Of a stretch of DNA of 64,000 bases, positions 63,206 to 64,000 are shown one piece after another. Position numbers and translations under genes: made by a program. Within the stretch, counting starts at the first letter, position 1; each line of letters opens with the position of its first letter. The DNA lies in NCBI RefSeq assembly GCF_018977255.1, contig NW_024704743.1, positions 37,512,001 to 37,576,000 on the forward strand. The letters run 5' to 3'. The stretch is from Callorhinchus milii. Its lineage: Eukaryota. The notes beneath the pieces are model-generated. The model was not told where the DNA came from. It ran no database searches and saw nothing but the letters and a program-made list of their open reading frames with translations.

Positions 63206-63489
63206 ATCTATCTTGTCATGGATTCTTTCACTAATTATTATTAGTATTACTCTAATTATTATTCCAAAATTTCTTTTGCTGATAGTCTGCATTCATCTGC
63301 AGTACTCTACGTGCAATTTTCTTTTTGTTTAATCTCTAGGTTCCAGATGCAAATATTTTGCACTGTACTTTCCAGTTCTGTGTTTATAGTCCAAATCTAA
63401 TAATGTGCATACATTTACATTAAACCCTTGGTAACTCAACATTCTGAGGGTAAAGGGCTCAGCAATTAGTTATCCAAAGTGGATAGTAA

Positions 63490-63716
63490 TAATATTAATA
63501 ATAATAATAATGAACCTTGAATTTGATATAGCACCTTATCATGTCTTTGAGATGTCTCAAAGTGCTTCTCAGAATATATTGTAAAGTGAATTAATTGTAT
63601 ATTTTATGGGCGCAACACGGCAGCCAATTGTGTACAGCCGTGTCCCACAAACAGTCATGTATTGAGTGACCAAATTATTATTATTTTTTTGAAGGAATTA
63701 TTACCCCTGGAAAAGC
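63490..63716 (-). mobile_element. SINE long subfamily, 3' half
   Basis: Same 3' consensus; shorter 3' pieces also occur near 24160, 26680, 29010, 37360, 43045, 52050 and 53340. Confidence 0.85.
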
Positions 63717-64000
63717 AAAAAGTGTTATAAGAGGCTATCAAAATGCACGATCACGATAAAGAAAAAATGTCATCTGCATTAGATCTTTTTGAGTGAATTC
63801 ACGAATAGCTGAAAGTTATTGAATTTGGATAATCTTGGTTCAGGCTGACCTATTTCTTGATCAGAAAAATAGTTATTGTGTGCACCCAGAGCTAATCTGC
63901 TGTGTTCCCTATCCCACATTTCAACAGAGTGGTCACGGTCTGTGAGGAGAATTGGGAGAGGGGGGTGGGGGGTGGGGGGGGTTGCAGTGTATGACTAGAA

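Noticed and set aside
63320..63400. Possible next CPNE4 exon after ctttttgtttaatctctag
   Set aside because: Translation begins VPDANILH, not the expected VDRTEV-like C2A continuation.

Overview
Vertebrate genomic DNA, mostly intronic and dense in retroposons. The repeat types (Deu-domain SINEs of the SacSINE1/AmnSINE1 type, CR1 and L2 LINE 3' ends) suggest a cartilaginous fish; this is an inference. The only host coding sequence I can support is the first coding exon of copine-4 (CPNE4; exon 13860-14050, CDS 13871-14050, + strand), followed by about 50 kb of intron. I did not find the next exon by eye. The rest comprises roughly 30 copies or fragments of a young tRNA(Ala)-headed SINE with at least three subfamilies, about 10 older Deu-type SINEs, many 5'-truncated L2 and CR1 LINEs, a probable hAT MITE, an unclassified older repeat, and minisatellites born inside SINEs. 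The most notable observations are: a three-layer nested insertion with both target-site duplications intact (39676-41362); a SINE/L2 partnership visible as a shared 3' stem-loop whose sequence tracks the youngest L2; a modular (chimeric) SINE architecture; two long perfect hairpins (24346-24412, 27884-27927); a filled/empty-site pair; and LINE frameshifts that look like homopolymer errors. Nothing here supports a CRISPR array or a new protein-coding system. Repeat boundaries are approximate and family names come from recalled consensus sequences, not from a search.
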